DNA of 64,000 bases from Eledone cirrhosa. Its lineage: Eukaryota. The notes under the pieces are model-generated. The model made no database searches. It was given only the letters and a program-made list of their open reading frames with translations, and was not told the origin of the DNA. Each line of letters opens with the position of its first letter. Position 1 is the stretch's first letter. Of this stretch, positions 13,883-30,940 are shown piece by piece. The DNA lies in NCBI GenBank assembly GCA_964016885.1, contig OZ024748.1:58094001-58158000 (forward strand), given 5' to 3'. The translations under genes were made by a program, and so were the position numbers.

Positions 13883-14199
13883 CTCTCACACATATATACA
13901 CATGTTCTAATACACACCAAATACATACACACACACCATGAAGCTATTAAGCATTTCTCATGATAATTCATCTTTATTTCCGCTCTAATTTACAACAAAC
14001 CAGTAATTCTTGTATAGCCATATGTACATCACCATTCATATTCCTTGAGGCTTCCTACCATATTTTAAAATTGTCCTCTGGGATGTTCTGTTTTCGTTTT
14101 AATTCTTAAGAATATTCCGTTATATGTATTCATGTATATGTGTGTTTTTCTCACTTTAGGTGTTTCCTCACCTGCTCACTAATCATGGTATGCATACGT

Positions 14200-14750
<551 letters not shown>

Positions 14751-15195
14751 TATGTACGTATGGGCTTACAGAACATTAATTATAATGTTCGGTTTGTTTG
14801 TAAACAAACAGGTAGAATTAAGCCGTACAGTGTTTGGCAACCATCGTTGCCGATTTGTTCAACACTGACAGAGGAACGATGAACAATTTTCTAGCTTATT
14901 AGCTGTCATCGGCACCGTATACCTTCCTGTCAATCGATTGAACGTTTGAAAGTATATACTTTCCTTATGCATATTAACGCCTGATACTTAAATGTAAGCA
15001 TGTATACGTACATACATATATGTAGGTATACAGTGCTGATGACAGCTAATAAGCTAGAAACTAGTTTATCGTTTCTTCGTCTGTATTGACCAAAAGGTAA
15101 CGATCGTTGCCGAAAACTGTACGGCTTAATTCGGGCTGTTTGTTTACAAACAAACCGAACATTATAATAAACGTTCGGTAAACCCATACGTACAT
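14751..15195. mobile_element. PLE pLTR family P5, head-to-head inverted pair
   Basis: Diverged arms of about 173 bp (14751-14924 / 15024-15195), each containing an HHR motif, flanked by TA-rich tracts. Confidence 0.82.
15031..15071 (+). ncRNA. Minimal type I hammerhead (P5); mirror copy on the - strand at 14877-14917
   Basis: CAGTG-CTGATGA-C-AGCT aata AGCT-A-GAAAC ta GTT-TATCG; the mirror copy has a fully paired stem I, CGGTG/CATCG. Confidence 0.7.
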
Positions 15196-15393
15196 ATATA
15201 TGTGTGCATGTATGTATGTATATACATACAACTGTACGTCTGTATACATATATGTATGTACGTATACATACCTATATTTATATATGTGTATATATATATA
15301 TATTCGTGTGTGTGTGTATGTGTTAGGTGTATTACTACAGTTACTATATATAGTAACAGCCGGATGGCTGCAACAGGTAAAAGAGTATATATA

Positions 15394-15431
<38 letters not shown>

Positions 15432-15432
15432 T

Positions 15433-15946
15433 ATAAGAAGGCATAATAGACATAATGTATACCTATTTTTTTTTCATCCCGTATACCTATTTTTTTTTCA
15501 TCCCGACTGTACAGTTTCCCTGATCACTACGCAAACACTATATACACTTCTAGTCAACCTTACAACACCTCCGTAACCTCTGTATCTGATGAATATCCCC
15601 CTCCGCCTTCTGAGATATTTTTCACTGCTACAACGGATTAATCCCCTTTCTTGACCGGTGTATCACAAGATAGTCTCCCTCCGGCTTTTTGAGATTTTCT
15701 CGCATGCTACGGACGTATGTAGTTAAGGCTCTTCCCTGAGGTGCTCCCTTGATAAGCTGGTTTACCTCACAACAATGTTATATCTATGATATAACATTTT
15801 TGCATAGTGACCAGCGAAACTGTACAGTCGGGATAAGAAAAAACAGGTATATGTTATCTCTATTATTTCGATTATCTTGTCTCTCATAATCATAGAGCAA
15901 CACTGGTTAAGGTCGACAACATACTATCTCACATACTTGTCAAAAA
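15433..15946. mobile_element. PLE pLTR family P6 with a short inverted arm
   Basis: Arm 15442-15535 (containing a ~24-bp local duplication) is the reverse complement of 15799-15866; bounded by TA-rich tracts. Confidence 0.8.
15745..15833 (+). ncRNA. Type I hammerhead, U3:A8 core variant (P6)
   Basis: TCCC-TTGATAA-GCTGGT...ACCAGC-GAAAC tgtaca GTC-GGGA: 4-bp stem I, long stem II, palindromic stem III, GUC. Confidence 0.8.
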
Positions 15947-16000
15947 TATATATTTCTATATGCATGTATATGTATGTATGCACATATATCTGTATACCTC

Positions 16001-16229
16001 TAACTTTGTCTTTCATCCTTACAGGGTCGATAAAATAAAGTACCAGTAATAAACTGGATAATTGCTGGCCTTGTGCCAAAAGTAGAAACAATTATTATAT
16101 ACGTTATTTTATCGACCCCGTAATGATGAAAGGCAAAGTTAACCTCGGCGGGATTTGAACTCAGATCTTAAAGGGACGTAACTATGCTGGAAAGCATGGC
16201 GTTCGACTCTCTACCGATACTGCCAATCC
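16001..16229. mobile_element. Two SINE A fragments in opposite orientation
   Basis: 3' half on + (16001-16097) facing a 5'/middle part on - (16104-16229). Confidence 0.85.
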
Positions 16230-16344
16230 AATATTAATAGTAGCATTCGATTCGTTTGCAATTGTGCAAACAAGCTTCAATTTTGTAGCCATGTCAGTAG
16301 AATCAACACTTTATTCTTGCTCTTATGTTGGCATGCGAACAGAA

Positions 16345-16388
16345 CCGCAGACACTAATGTTTCTGGGTAGCACCCTTCATCAGTACAG
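16345..16388 (-). ncRNA. Minimal type I hammerhead (P14)
   Basis: Minus strand: CTGTA-CTGATGA-A-GGGT gct ACCC-A-GAAAC attagt GTC-TGCGG. Confidence 0.75.
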
Positions 16389-16553
16389 CTCATTGTTCAC
16401 CTGCCAATCTGTCAGAGCTAGTGAAAATATATGCTATTTTCAAAAATACACAGTGACTATAAAATTGCAAAAGAATCGAAGGTTATTATTAATATTCGAA
16501 AAGCTATCTCAGATTACATCTATTGTATTCAGCCATGCAGGGCGAACTTTTCT

Positions 16554-16617
<64 letters not shown>

Positions 16618-16853
16618 ATATATATATATACATTTCGGAGAACTTGTGAATCTCCCTTTTAAAAAGGAAATTGAATTTGGGAAAATTTCAATGCAATCTA
16701 TATTTACCTATGTGTGTGGGTGGCAGCAGCTGTCTTGTGGCAGGAACTGCATGTGTTCCTTTATACCATTGTGCATATGAATCCATGTATATATCTCAGC
16801 ACTCACATAGCGTCTAATTTCATGTTTCTATATTTTTGTTGCCCTATAAACTT

Positions 16854-18200
<1,347 letters not shown>

Positions 18201-18450
18201 GGAAAACGTTTGACCCCGACGTCAGAGCTCAAGCCGTCTCGACGGCTATTTCTGGACTAAAGTAGAATTTTTAGCGTGGTAAATATATAGCCGAACTTTT
18301 CAAGGGGTAATTCCTTATATGGGAAAATTGTAGTTGTCAAGAGGATTGGTCAAAATTTCTTGTACACACGATTATGTCTTTCATGGTGGGGGTGGGGGAT
18401 GGCTGAACTTGCCTGTAGAATAATGAGTTCCTTGCCACATTTCATTCGTT
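18201..18450. mobile_element. P1 pLTR (-) joined to a short P1 3' tip (+)
   Basis: 18201-18260 matches the 5255 arm, and GTTCCTTGCCACATTTC.TTCGTTA at the right end matches 5446-5470. Confidence 0.8.
18213..18308 (-). ncRNA. Type I hammerhead, U3:A8 core variant (P1, partly decayed)
   Basis: Minus strand: ACCCC-TTGAAAA-G..CGGCTAT...ATAGCCGTC-GAGAC-GGC ttgagctct GAC-GTC-GGGGT. Other P1 copies restore GAAAC and GGC/GCC. Confidence 0.7.
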
Positions 18451-18813
18451 ATATATATATATATATGTTGCGTGTGTGTTTGTGTGTGTGTGTGTGAAGA
18501 CGTGTGGCTTCATGGATAGCATGCTAGTGGCACGCGCGTAGGGTCATCCACGGAGTGGTACGTTTTATTCCTGAGCTATAATCTATTCATGCTGTACCAT
18601 CTGGTTAGCTATGGAAAATGATTTTCCCCGTAATTGAAAGAGTCAACTTTGTTACCCCACTGATGCGCTGAAATCAAATTATATATTTGTAGTATGTTGT
18701 TAGATGAGATCAATCGATTGACTTATCTATATCATATTTAATTCCCACGATCCCCCTTAGGACGAAACATATGTAAATTAAATTATGATATAATTTAGTG
18801 TTTGTAATATATT

Positions 18814-18856
<43 letters not shown>

Positions 18857-19033
18857 TTTAGGAATAACCAAAGAGTACATAGAAATACATCGTATATAAC
18901 GGCTCTGTAGTATACCAGTTATCCTACATTGAGCTAAAGCCACACTGTCATACCAAGGGGCAATAATCTGCGTGTCTGGGCACATTGATATATTTGTCAA
19001 CGAAACTCTCTCTCTCTCTCTCTCTCCTCTCTC

Positions 19034-19127
<94 letters not shown>

Positions 19128-19155
19128 CTCTTCTCTCTCTCTCTCTCGCTCTCTC

Positions 19156-19234
<79 letters not shown>

Positions 19235-19249
19235 GTGTGTGTGTGTGTG

Positions 19250-19515
19250 TAATTGTGTTAGGTTTTTCCGAAGAAAAATCAAAGGAAAATAGAGTGCTCT
19301 ATGTATAAATCAGAGCTATTTCATTGGAAAGTGAACAACACAATATATAACTGCTCCATTACCAAGTTTCAGGCTCTAGAAAATATTAATATACGTCTAG
19401 ATAGTTCATCAGACAGGGATGGTATCTGTCTGATGAATGATCTAGACGTATATTGTCTAGGGTCCCGAGACCTTTGGAAATGGAGTAGTTATATATTGTG
19501 CTGTTCACTTTCTAA
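19250..19515. mobile_element. PLE pLTR family P11, inverted pair with HHR
   Basis: Arms 19327-19416 / 19426-19512. Minus arm (19356-19416): CTGT-CTGATGA-A..TCTAGA..TCTAGA..T-GAAAC ttg GTA-ATGG. Confidence 0.75.
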
Positions 19516-19523
19516 CTATATAT

Positions 19524-19571
<48 letters not shown>

Positions 19572-19890
19572 GTGGATCTGTACTTGTTTCGTGTGTAGTT
19601 GATGATTAATCTGAAGCTATAGAACAAGCAATTATACCCCGTGTTATAATTAAATCTTTTTTTAACATAATATTTCTTTTGATTGTCGGTTCATGTGATA
19701 CTGCATATCACGCGGTGATAGTAATGCAATTCTATTATTAGGAAAATATGCTAACACTCGCTCACAGAACGTTAATGCATCTCAAAGTTCAAGGAGAAAC
19801 GTAACGTATTGCAAAGTGCAGAAATCTACAATGATAGACCGGACAAATGGACATATCAATGCTAGTTTTTGCATAATATTTATCATACCG

Positions 19891-20107
19891 GCGTTGGATT
19901 GGCAGAATCGGTAGAGCCTCGGAAAACCATGTTTAGTGACATAGTTATGGCCCTTTGTGTTTTGAGTTCAAATCTCGCCGAAATTAACTTAGCCTTTCAT
20001 CCTTTACAGAGTCGATAAAATAAAGTACCAGTAATGTACAGGGGTCGATTTGATCGATTTTCCGTTTCTGACTAAATTATTGGCCTTGTGCCAAAATCTG
20101 AAACCAT
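19891..20107 (+). mobile_element. SINE family A, long variant
   Basis: A/B boxes, an extra ~30 nt (GGGGTCGATTTGATCGA...) before the 3' tail, and a 14-bp TSD TATTTATCATACCG at 19877-19890 and 20108-20121. Confidence 0.9.
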
Positions 20108-20330
20108 TATTTATCATACCGAAAATATAAAAGTTAAAACTAACTCCGACAGGATTTGAAAACAGGGTGAAGAGAGCTGGAATAAATATGGAAATCCATT
20201 CCAAGCCTCACTATTATCAAATGAACAAATCGTTACGTTATATCCAGACATAATATCGTTGTAAAATAGAGATAAAGGGAAAACAAAGAGCGAGAGAGAG
20301 AGAGAGAAAGAAAGGGAGAGATAAATAAAT

Positions 20331-20361
<31 letters not shown>

Positions 20362-21604
20362 GAGAGATAAATAAAAAGAGAGAGAGAGAGAATCATACAC
20401 AAAAATACATGGTGAGCTAGAGAGGGGATAAGGCACAAATAATGTAACATGATAATGGAAAGAATGCTAAAACCTTATTGGACACGAATTAAAAATTAAT
20501 GCTATTAGCTTTAGCTTCTGAAAGTAAAAAGGCTAAAATTGAATTATGGGAAAATATGATTACACCGATTTGCATTCATTTTCAAGGATTTATCGTGAAT
20601 TGACTTTTAAAATATATAATGAAATTTAAGTTACAAAGGATTTGTGAGAATATAAAACGAAAATAAATTGAGTAACACATGGGAATTGAAACCTCGTCAT
20701 CATATATTGAGGGCATTTCTACGTTCATTTCATCTGTTAAAAGTTCAGCTCTTTCTCCCAAAAATCAGAAACTAAACATCGTTTTTTTAAGGCACATCCC
20801 CTGATTAATTTCATGAATATATGCCGAAAGTACAGTTGCGATGGCCACCGATGGAACGTATTTTATCATGAGTATTCTCTATCAGAGCCGACGTAGAACT
20901 AAACACCGTTACGAATTTGCTTCAGGTGCTAGAAATAACAGCCAAATGACCACCAATTTTATCCAGCCATATTTTAAAATGGAAGCACAAATAGAATATT
21001 AGAATCTTGGGATCCACACTACCGGGAAAAAAAATAATGGACGCGATTGGTACTCGTTTGATCTCAGTCTGCTCAACGTGTGGTGTTCCGAAAGCAAAGA
21101 GCAACAAGAATTAAAAAAAGATTCATTAAATGACTGTATAATCTGCTGAAAATAGCAGCCATGTTTTTCACAGATCTCACTATGTTAAACAGAAAAGGCT
21201 CATTGTATGACACTACATTGGTTCATATTGTATTGATAAAACATACTGTTCATGAGTTGAAAGTTTTGTTTCTACAACTACTATATAGTGTCGAATCCAC
21301 ACTAAGCAAAATGGGGAAAAAAGACCATTAAATATAACCAACGGGGCTGGAAGGGAATCTAATTATGACTCCACCTATTTAATATTGTACTTTAAGCCCC
21401 CTTCATAGCACACCCCATTCTCTTTATCCACTTGATGGAATTATTAATAATAAAGCCCGAGTATAAAAGGGTGTTTGGGCGTACATTAGGGTTGACCTGG
21501 GTACAATCTACAATAGGAATAACAGTAACAAATATATATATATATGAGAGAGATATGTGTGTATGCATGCATATATATATATATATATATATATATGCAA
21601 ATAA

Positions 21605-21645
<41 letters not shown>

Positions 21646-22613
21646 ATGTAGGCATATGTGTGTGTGTATGTATAATCAGAACGTGAATATATGGGTGTGA
21701 AATCAAAGAAATTTTGAAAGGAAAATGAGAATAATTGAACTACTTACATACACAGCCAGAGAAAATAGATTGTTTTTAACTCGGCATATATCCGAGATAA
21801 TTCTTATTACCAGACGCCGACAAGATAAGTGTGTTCCGAATATGCAATAAACTGTACATTTAGAGAATGACCTCCAGGCACCAGAAGAAAATACTTCTAT
21901 ACATTTAGTAACCAACTGAACTAACAAATCCAAATGATTTATATTTTGTTGTTCTTATATGTTTTGTTTTTATCTTTATCGATATGAATTTAACCAATCG
22001 TATAGCGAGCCAAACAGTCATTATTTATTGATGCGTTTCCAACCGATTACTAGCTTGCATGTTTACAAAGCAACGAAAACATGGTCGAACAATAAATTTA
22101 ATAAAAATGATAAACAAATTTCAAACTAAAAAAGATAACGCTATTTTTGTTGTTATATTTTTATTGATATTTTTTTACATTTTTTTATTTCCTTTTTTAC
22201 GGATTAGATCCAAATTGTGATTTCAAATAATGTAATAAATATAACAACGACTATAGTCGAAGACTGTTATAAAAGTCATGTGAATTATACTACATCTGTT
22301 ACTATTGCTCCCGCCAACCAGAACTGAACTAACAACTAACTAACAAATTGTAATGCAAAACACACAAAGAACTTGGTAGAAATATCAATACTACCATTTC
22401 AGAATAACAATGAGATAGGGTAATAATAAAAGTCACAGCAAGAAAAGAAAATAAAGACCAGGGAGTAGAAAAAAAAACGAAGACTAAGTAAAATCTCAAT
22501 AGGAAAATCAAATGATAAATTCCTGGCCTTGTGCATAAATTTAGACAAAAATAATGCTTAGTTTGCCGCAAGAGTCACTCATAAAAAACTTTGCAAGAAA
22601 GAAAATTTCATAA

Positions 22614-23275
22614 TAATGATTTCCAACATTAGCACAGGGTCATTCTTTTTTTGGTGTATGCGATATTCGATTGAATCGATTCCAGAATGTTACTGGTAAT
22701 TTCATTCGTCAACCAGTCAACTTGACGAATAGTGGTGATTTTAAATTAGATCATAAACTGAATACATCAAACCGTTTCTTTCAATCTTCTGGCATTTTTA
22801 CAATAAGTATCATCATCCCTTGAATAGAGTGCGTGTTATAAAAGATGATCAAAAGGCTTGGTACCAGGAAGGGTATCAGCATTAAACATTCTTTAAAGAA
22901 AGACCCCATGATGAGCATAAACTCTGTCATGGAGCATGCAAGTCTAATTCCTACTTTAGCCAGATGATGTTTTTAAACGTTTATTAGTGTATAGACTTGA
23001 GGGAAAACGGGTCTGTGTGTATAGATAGGGGGTTAATCAATTAATTCAACCCCAGAAACGAAAAGAAAATGACTGGTGACACATTTACTCTTACGCTCTA
23101 AGGTTTCTGCCAATCCGGCCACCACCGGAATTTGTTACTTAGGCATAAAGCTAAAAATTTGCTGAAGAGAACTTTCGGACAGATCGACCTCAGTACTTGG
23201 CTGATACCTATTATATGGACATTCAGAAGAATGCTATGTAATATATACCGCAGCGATTCTGCCAAACCACCGTAT
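22614..23275 (-). mobile_element. Old, degenerate SINE A-like copies
   Basis: Remnants such as AATCGATTCCAG..TTACTGGTA, GATCGACCTCAGTACTTGGCTGATAC and GATTCTGCCAA. Confidence 0.45.
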
Positions 23276-24884
23276 TTTTCATAATAGAATATATTTATAT
23301 GTTTCCATGTGTAATTGGCTTAGAAACTGTTGAAATATGCGTGTTAAAGGCACGTGTTAGAGAAGGGTTATATGTAAACATTCCACTAACGAATTGCAAA
23401 TATAGAGTGTATTGTTATACATATTTATAGAAAAAAACAAACAAACGTAAGAGCAAACAGAAAGGAAACAAAGGCAACGCATAAACGCACACAGACATGC
23501 GTACATACACAGAGATGATGTGTGTGTATTTAAATATATTCATATACAGAGAGAGAGGGAGACAGACCGTCAGTTATTGTGGGTCGTATAAAGATAATAT
23601 AATTTGGAAAAGGTCTACCAGTTTTCGTTTAGAGTTCAGTCACCAAGATGCAATAATTGCCCACATAATTTATGGATGACGACTACATGCATATATAGAC
23701 CTGCCAAGCACCGATAACTCAAACCGAGAGTACGATGAAAACGGGTACCCCAAAAAGGGAAGAAATGAAGCGAAATGGGGAGTTTTTACTTAATGAAAGC
23801 TATACCCAATTTAACAAGTGAAGACATCTCCACCAACCCCTAAGTGGGTGGGCGATCGCCCCGTTGGGCGGGGAGAGTTTACAGGTCTGCATGAGTAATG
23901 AGTAGTTATGTCTATTCAGAACTAAACTACCACTTCCAATTTAAAACGTGACTGGTTTATATAAACTCGTACCAAACTTGGCACATCACGATGATATGCT
24001 TGCAATAACAATTGATAAAGCTCTTTAGTTTGAGGATAGTTACATTGATATCCTTATCTGTTTAATATGGTGAAGCATGTTGCAAACGTTTAAGAATATA
24101 TCATTGTAACATTACAACCTAATTCAGTCCATATCCCAACGATGTCATCTTTGCCTTTCATCAAAAGGGCCAGTCCAATAAAGGGGTCGTTTCTTCTTCT
24201 ATATCTATTTCTCAATTCTCTCTATCACCCTCTCTCCTTTCATGGAATAGATAGGCAGTGTTTCGATCTTGAACATAGATATGCTCCTCCAGGTTTTACG
24301 AAAATGTCCACAAAACGGTGTTTGATACTACAGCGCCACCATCAGTAGCTATATGTTTATACATAAATCCTCTGTTTCACTTTTGCATTAGAACGCTTTA
24401 CGTAATTTCCTAATTTCTCATTTGAAGCACGTAAGTCCATATATCTTCCCGTCTCTAAAGTGTAAACTAAACATATTAACTGGAATGTCTAGCCTATTTA
24501 AATTCATTATCACATTCCTCGTAATGAGACCATTTTAAAATATTTTTTTGTCTTTTTTGTATTATTATTTTCTAATATACCCACTAATCATTGTGTCTGG
24601 TAGTTTATGAGTTCAATATATTCCTAATATGTTCTGTGGATAACTCTGATATAATTTTGTGATTTGGGTAACAGAAACTAATTTACTATTTTCAGTTTTT
24701 ATTATTTTACCGTTCCCAATAATTGTTTTAGCACATTCTTAGTTGAAAATATGACAGGAAATGATAAGTTTTAGGCGGCTAATTGGAACAGATATTTGAG
24801 TGTACATTATATGCCTTAGTATTTCATGTAGATGTCTGCAATCTGAGTTCCAATCTCTTGGAAGTCAAATTGGACTTTCCTTAT

Positions 24885-26034
24885 TTGGTATCTTTCTCAC
24901 TTCCGATAGCTTCCTAAGCCCCCTCCTTCTCTCTTGTCTGTGTAATGTATTTGTGTTACATACTCCATTATTATATCTTCATGTGTACATGTATTCACGC
25001 AAACGTCTTCACTATGTCTTCCCTATATTACAATCATACTTCTGTTGCACCTATTTCGTTAACGCTTCTAAGGTCAGTTTTCATTTTACATTTTAATTTA
25101 TTTTCTTTCCTTATTTTCTATATTATATATTTCAGTTTTTTTGTCGTGAGGTATTCTATTCACTGTACAATGTACTATTTATTTCCACGGTTTACTTATT
25201 GTAGGTCTAACGTGATTTATAGTATTGCCTCATATACACTTTTAACGGTAAACATATTCCCTCCTGTTCTGAAGTTCCGGAGAAGACAGTCTTAACGCCT
25301 GTAACTAGGTTTAAATCACAACAGACTTTCGTCTGAAAACGCCTGGATTCGTGGGAGAAAGGAACGAAGAGAGCTCTACAAGTGTCGTGTGAGGAAGAAA
25401 ATAGAGAACTACTGTGGCTGACGGAAGTTAAGTAAGCTACCAAAAGTAGAATTAGAACTGTCGCAATATTTCGCGTCTCCGGTAATTCCTGCAAAAATGT
25501 TGACGACATTTATTTCCAGTAAATTATGCAGATTTATTAACTAAGTACTTACGTCTTGTATTTGCTGTGGCAAAACCCCACCTTGCTCCCATACCTACAC
25601 TCTTTCTCGTTTCCTACCCTATATCACTACCCCATAATACACTTTCCGGTATCTTTCTCACTTTCTCTCTTCTGTTCTTTGTAAAGCATTTCGGCTACAC
25701 GCTCAGTAATCTTATCTTCTTGTGTACATGAAATCACATCAATGACTTCACTATGGATTCTCTATATTAAAATCCTTTTCCTGTTGTACCTGTTTCTGTC
25801 GCGCTTCTGAGGCAAGTTTTCCTTTTAATTTTTAATTTAATTGTTTCCTTATTTTATATATATTTAATTTATGTTATCTATCGACAGGCGTTCTATTCGT
25901 TCAACTATGTGGTGTTCAGTCCCCCGCGTTACTTATTGTATATCCAATGTAATGTCTCACATACACCTGCAATGGTAAACATATTACCTTCTCTATCATC
26001 TGAACTTCTGTAACCAAGTTTAAATAAAAAATTG
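24885..26034. repeat. Diverged direct duplication, period about 740-760 bp
   Basis: 24977-25324 aligns by eye with 25716-26034 (TGTGTACATG, CTTCACTATG, TTACTTATTGTA, GGTAAACATATT, TGTAAC..GTTTAAAT). Confidence 0.75.
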
Positions 26035-26057
26035 TCGAATTTATTTGGACAGCGAAC

Positions 26058-27932
<1,875 letters not shown>

Positions 27933-28224
27933 CAAGGCCAGATTTATCTCAGTGTATTATTGGTACTTTAATCAACCGCGTAACTGTGCTGCCAAGCATA
28001 GCACCGACCCTCTACCGAAATGTTTTTTTATATAGGCACAAGGCCAACAATATTTGGGGAGGGGAAAGTAGATTAAACGACCCCAGTGCATGACTGGTAC
28101 TTTATTTTATCGACCCCGTAAGGATGAAAGGCAAAGCCAACCTCGGCGGGATCTGAACTCAGATCGTAAAGGGCCATAACTCTATGCTGCAAAGCATGGC
28201 GTCCGACTCTCTATCGATACTGCC
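27933..28224 (-). mobile_element. SINE A: internally deleted copy plus a long-variant copy
   Basis: 27933-28018 lacks the middle; 28030-28224 is near full length with the extra GGGGAGGGG segment. Confidence 0.85.
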
Positions 28225-28985
28225 TAAATAATGTTGATAGTGTTGACGCCGGTGTGAAAACTTTTAACGAAGGAAATTAATAAGATAGGATTAAAGGAAG
28301 GAGTAGAAAAAATGCATACAATGATACGATGCTAGACTGTCGGTCTTCATTCTTATAAGATGGAATCGACTGTCTAGAAAGCATAAATTACGAAAAATAT
28401 TAGATGATTAAGTTTTATTTGAAAATGAAAACAAAAAGCATAATTATCTCATAGAAAATGTAAACAAACAAGAGTGGAAAAGAAAACAGAAAGAAAAGAC
28501 AAGTCAATGTGATATAATTAATCTAATATTGGAGGTATTACTTCAGCAATCGTGATTCTACATTGTTTCACGCTACGATAATGGTATGACAACATATTCA
28601 TACTTTATTATTTATTCCGAGTAATAATTATATTTTATTGCAATAAACTTAAATTCTTTTCTGAAAAATTGCAGAAATAATTATATTTTGTTTTATATTG
28701 ACAGAGAGCCAGATTAATTATATAAGGGGATGGAAGAAGTAAAATGTTTTATCAATACCCAAAGTATTATTTTGTGTTAAATTATTATGGCGGAGATGAG
28801 AGCAAAAGATTGAATCGGATACGAGATAAAATTACAAACTTAGTAAATACATTTTCAAGCCTGCGCCAAACTCAGAAGCACACCAGGGTAGGGTTTATAC
28901 ATTACTTATTGAGGTTAAGTGGGAGGTGTTTAAATATTATCAGCTAAATGAACCGTAGCAATGTGAATGTATTGTGCCTGAGGAT

Positions 28986-29601
28986 AATGTCTAATTTAAG
29001 CCAGCAATTTGGAGGGAAGAGTAAACCAATTATGTATTTCATTAGTACATTAATCTGTTGACATCAGGAGTATGAAAAGCTAAGTTCACCTCGGTAGTAT
29101 TTGAAATCTGAAACGTAAAGCAGAGTAACGAAATGACGTAAAGTATTTTACCCGTTACTCTAACGATTCTGCCAAGCAGGTGTCCTACATATAGATAGTA
29201 ATGATGTCTGATTTAGGCATGAGGCCAAATATTTTGTGTAGGGGAAGTTGATTAAATAGACCCTGATGCGTTACTGGTACTTTAATTTGTTGATACCATA
29301 GGGAGGAAAGGTAGATGTCGCCATCGTGGGGTCTGAAATCTGACGCAAAGTTTCGTAACAAAGTGAAGCAAATCATTTTATCAGGCACTCTAACGACTCT
29401 GCAAGTCTGATAGTAAATAATTGTTTTTACTTTTGGCGCAAGGCCGGCAATTACCCAGTGCATTATTGGCACTTTATTTTATCGACCCCAAACGGATGAA
29501 AAGCAAAGTTAACCTCGGCGGGATTTTAACTCAGAATGACAAGGGCCGTAACTCTATGCGTCAAAGCATGGTATCCGACCCTCTACCGATACTGCCAATC
29601 C
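28986..29601 (-). mobile_element. Cluster of three SINE A copies (two degenerate, one well preserved at 29417-29601)
   Basis: Repeated SINE A motifs in the same orientation. Confidence 0.8.
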
Positions 29602-30008
29602 AGATGATGTGACAAGCTCTGTACTCCAATTGGTTTGTCACTTCAACTGTTGCATGAAACTTACATTTGAGCGGAACATGTGCAAAAGAGTTGAACAATA
29701 TTACTACGTTATATTTTAACAGAGATCGACAATCGATCAGATCGATCCAAGGGGCTGATTGATGTTTTATTTAATAAAGGCAACTTTTTCTTACTGGATT
29801 TGAGGTGAAACGGGAACAAGCAGAACGAATAACAAGGTGTGCCATTTTCCATACTAGATGCTTCTTTCATTGATTCGGCCATAAATAAACAGTATTTTTT
29901 TCTTTAGTAGATGGAGGTGAAATTTATTGAATCATGTAGTTTCGACCCTATCTCTCTCGTCTCACTCTCCCTCCTTCCCCATCTTTCTATATATATCTTA
30001 TATATATC

Positions 30009-30084
<76 letters not shown>

Positions 30085-30086
<2 letters not shown>

Positions 30087-30459
30087 ATCAAAAGATGGTT
30101 AAAAGAGTTCCAAGTATTTTATTATACGCATTTCGAAAACAAATATCATCATGGGATGATATTTGCGTTCTCATCAGATAAAATAGGGAGACATGATATG
30201 AAGCTTAAAAAACAGTTGATTTTATACTTCACTGCTCGCAAGTGTTTTTAAGCTTCATATCATGTTTCCCTATTTCATCTGATGAGAACGCAAATATCAT
30301 CCCATGATGATATTTGTTTTTGAAATGCGCATAATAAAATATTTGTACTCTTTTAACCATTTTTTGATCATATATTATTTATACTTCAGTCCTATAAACT
30401 GTGGAGTGCTTCTTATCCGATATTTGCATTGCTTTATTGTGCTACAATAAAACTCCCCT

Positions 30460-30462
<3 letters not shown>
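30085..30462. mobile_element. PLE pLTR family P8, head-to-head inverted pair
   Basis: Arms of about 127 bp (30086-30213 / 30244-30369); the long arm continues to (TA)n at 30463. Confidence 0.88.
30117..30183 (-). ncRNA. Minimal type I hammerhead (P8); mirror copy on the + strand at 30273-30339
   Basis: TTTTAT-CTGATGA-GAAC GCAAATATCATC ccat GATGATATTTGT TTTC-GAAA-T gcgt A-TA-ATAAAA. The + copy has a palindromic ATGCGCAT stem III. Confidence 0.82.
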
Positions 30463-30518
<56 letters not shown>

Positions 30519-30546
30519 AAGCATGTAGTTTCTCCTCTATCTCTCT

Positions 30547-30586
<40 letters not shown>

Positions 30587-30589
<3 letters not shown>

Positions 30590-30642
30590 AAGGAAATCGA
30601 ATATGCAACTGGAGTCGTTTTAAGAATATGTGTTTCCTTAAC

Positions 30643-30645
<3 letters not shown>
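30587..30645 (-). mobile_element. P9 pLTR 3' tip
   Basis: Reverse complement of GACTCCAGTTGCAT.TTCGATTTC, as seen at 51514 and 55121. Confidence 0.65.
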
Positions 30646-30706
<61 letters not shown>

Positions 30707-30779
30707 AGTTTTTCAAGAGATATCATCAAGAGATGTCAACATGAATGAACCTGTTATTTTTATCTAAAGATATGTTTTT

Positions 30780-30940
30780 TCCATTTACAACCCGCCCGTT
30801 CCCTCAAGCTATCTTATTTCTCATTATTTCGTCTCATGAAGGAGTAAAGTCCGAAACGTTAAGACCCTCTTCCTGCTATATGAAGCGTTACCCTAATATA
30901 TCCCTTCCATATACTGCACCGATTGTGTTATTTCTTGTTC

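Noticed and set aside
14751-15195. MITE / DNA transposon interpretation of the long inverted repeats in TA
   Set aside because: The arms are often asymmetric, contain outward-facing hammerheads, also occur solo, and cap PLE ORFs (41586, 63377). PLE pLTR fits better.
16264-16662. 132-aa ORF with a non-repetitive N-terminus
   Set aside because: No recognisable domain; it overlaps a minus-strand HHR module and runs into (TA)n.
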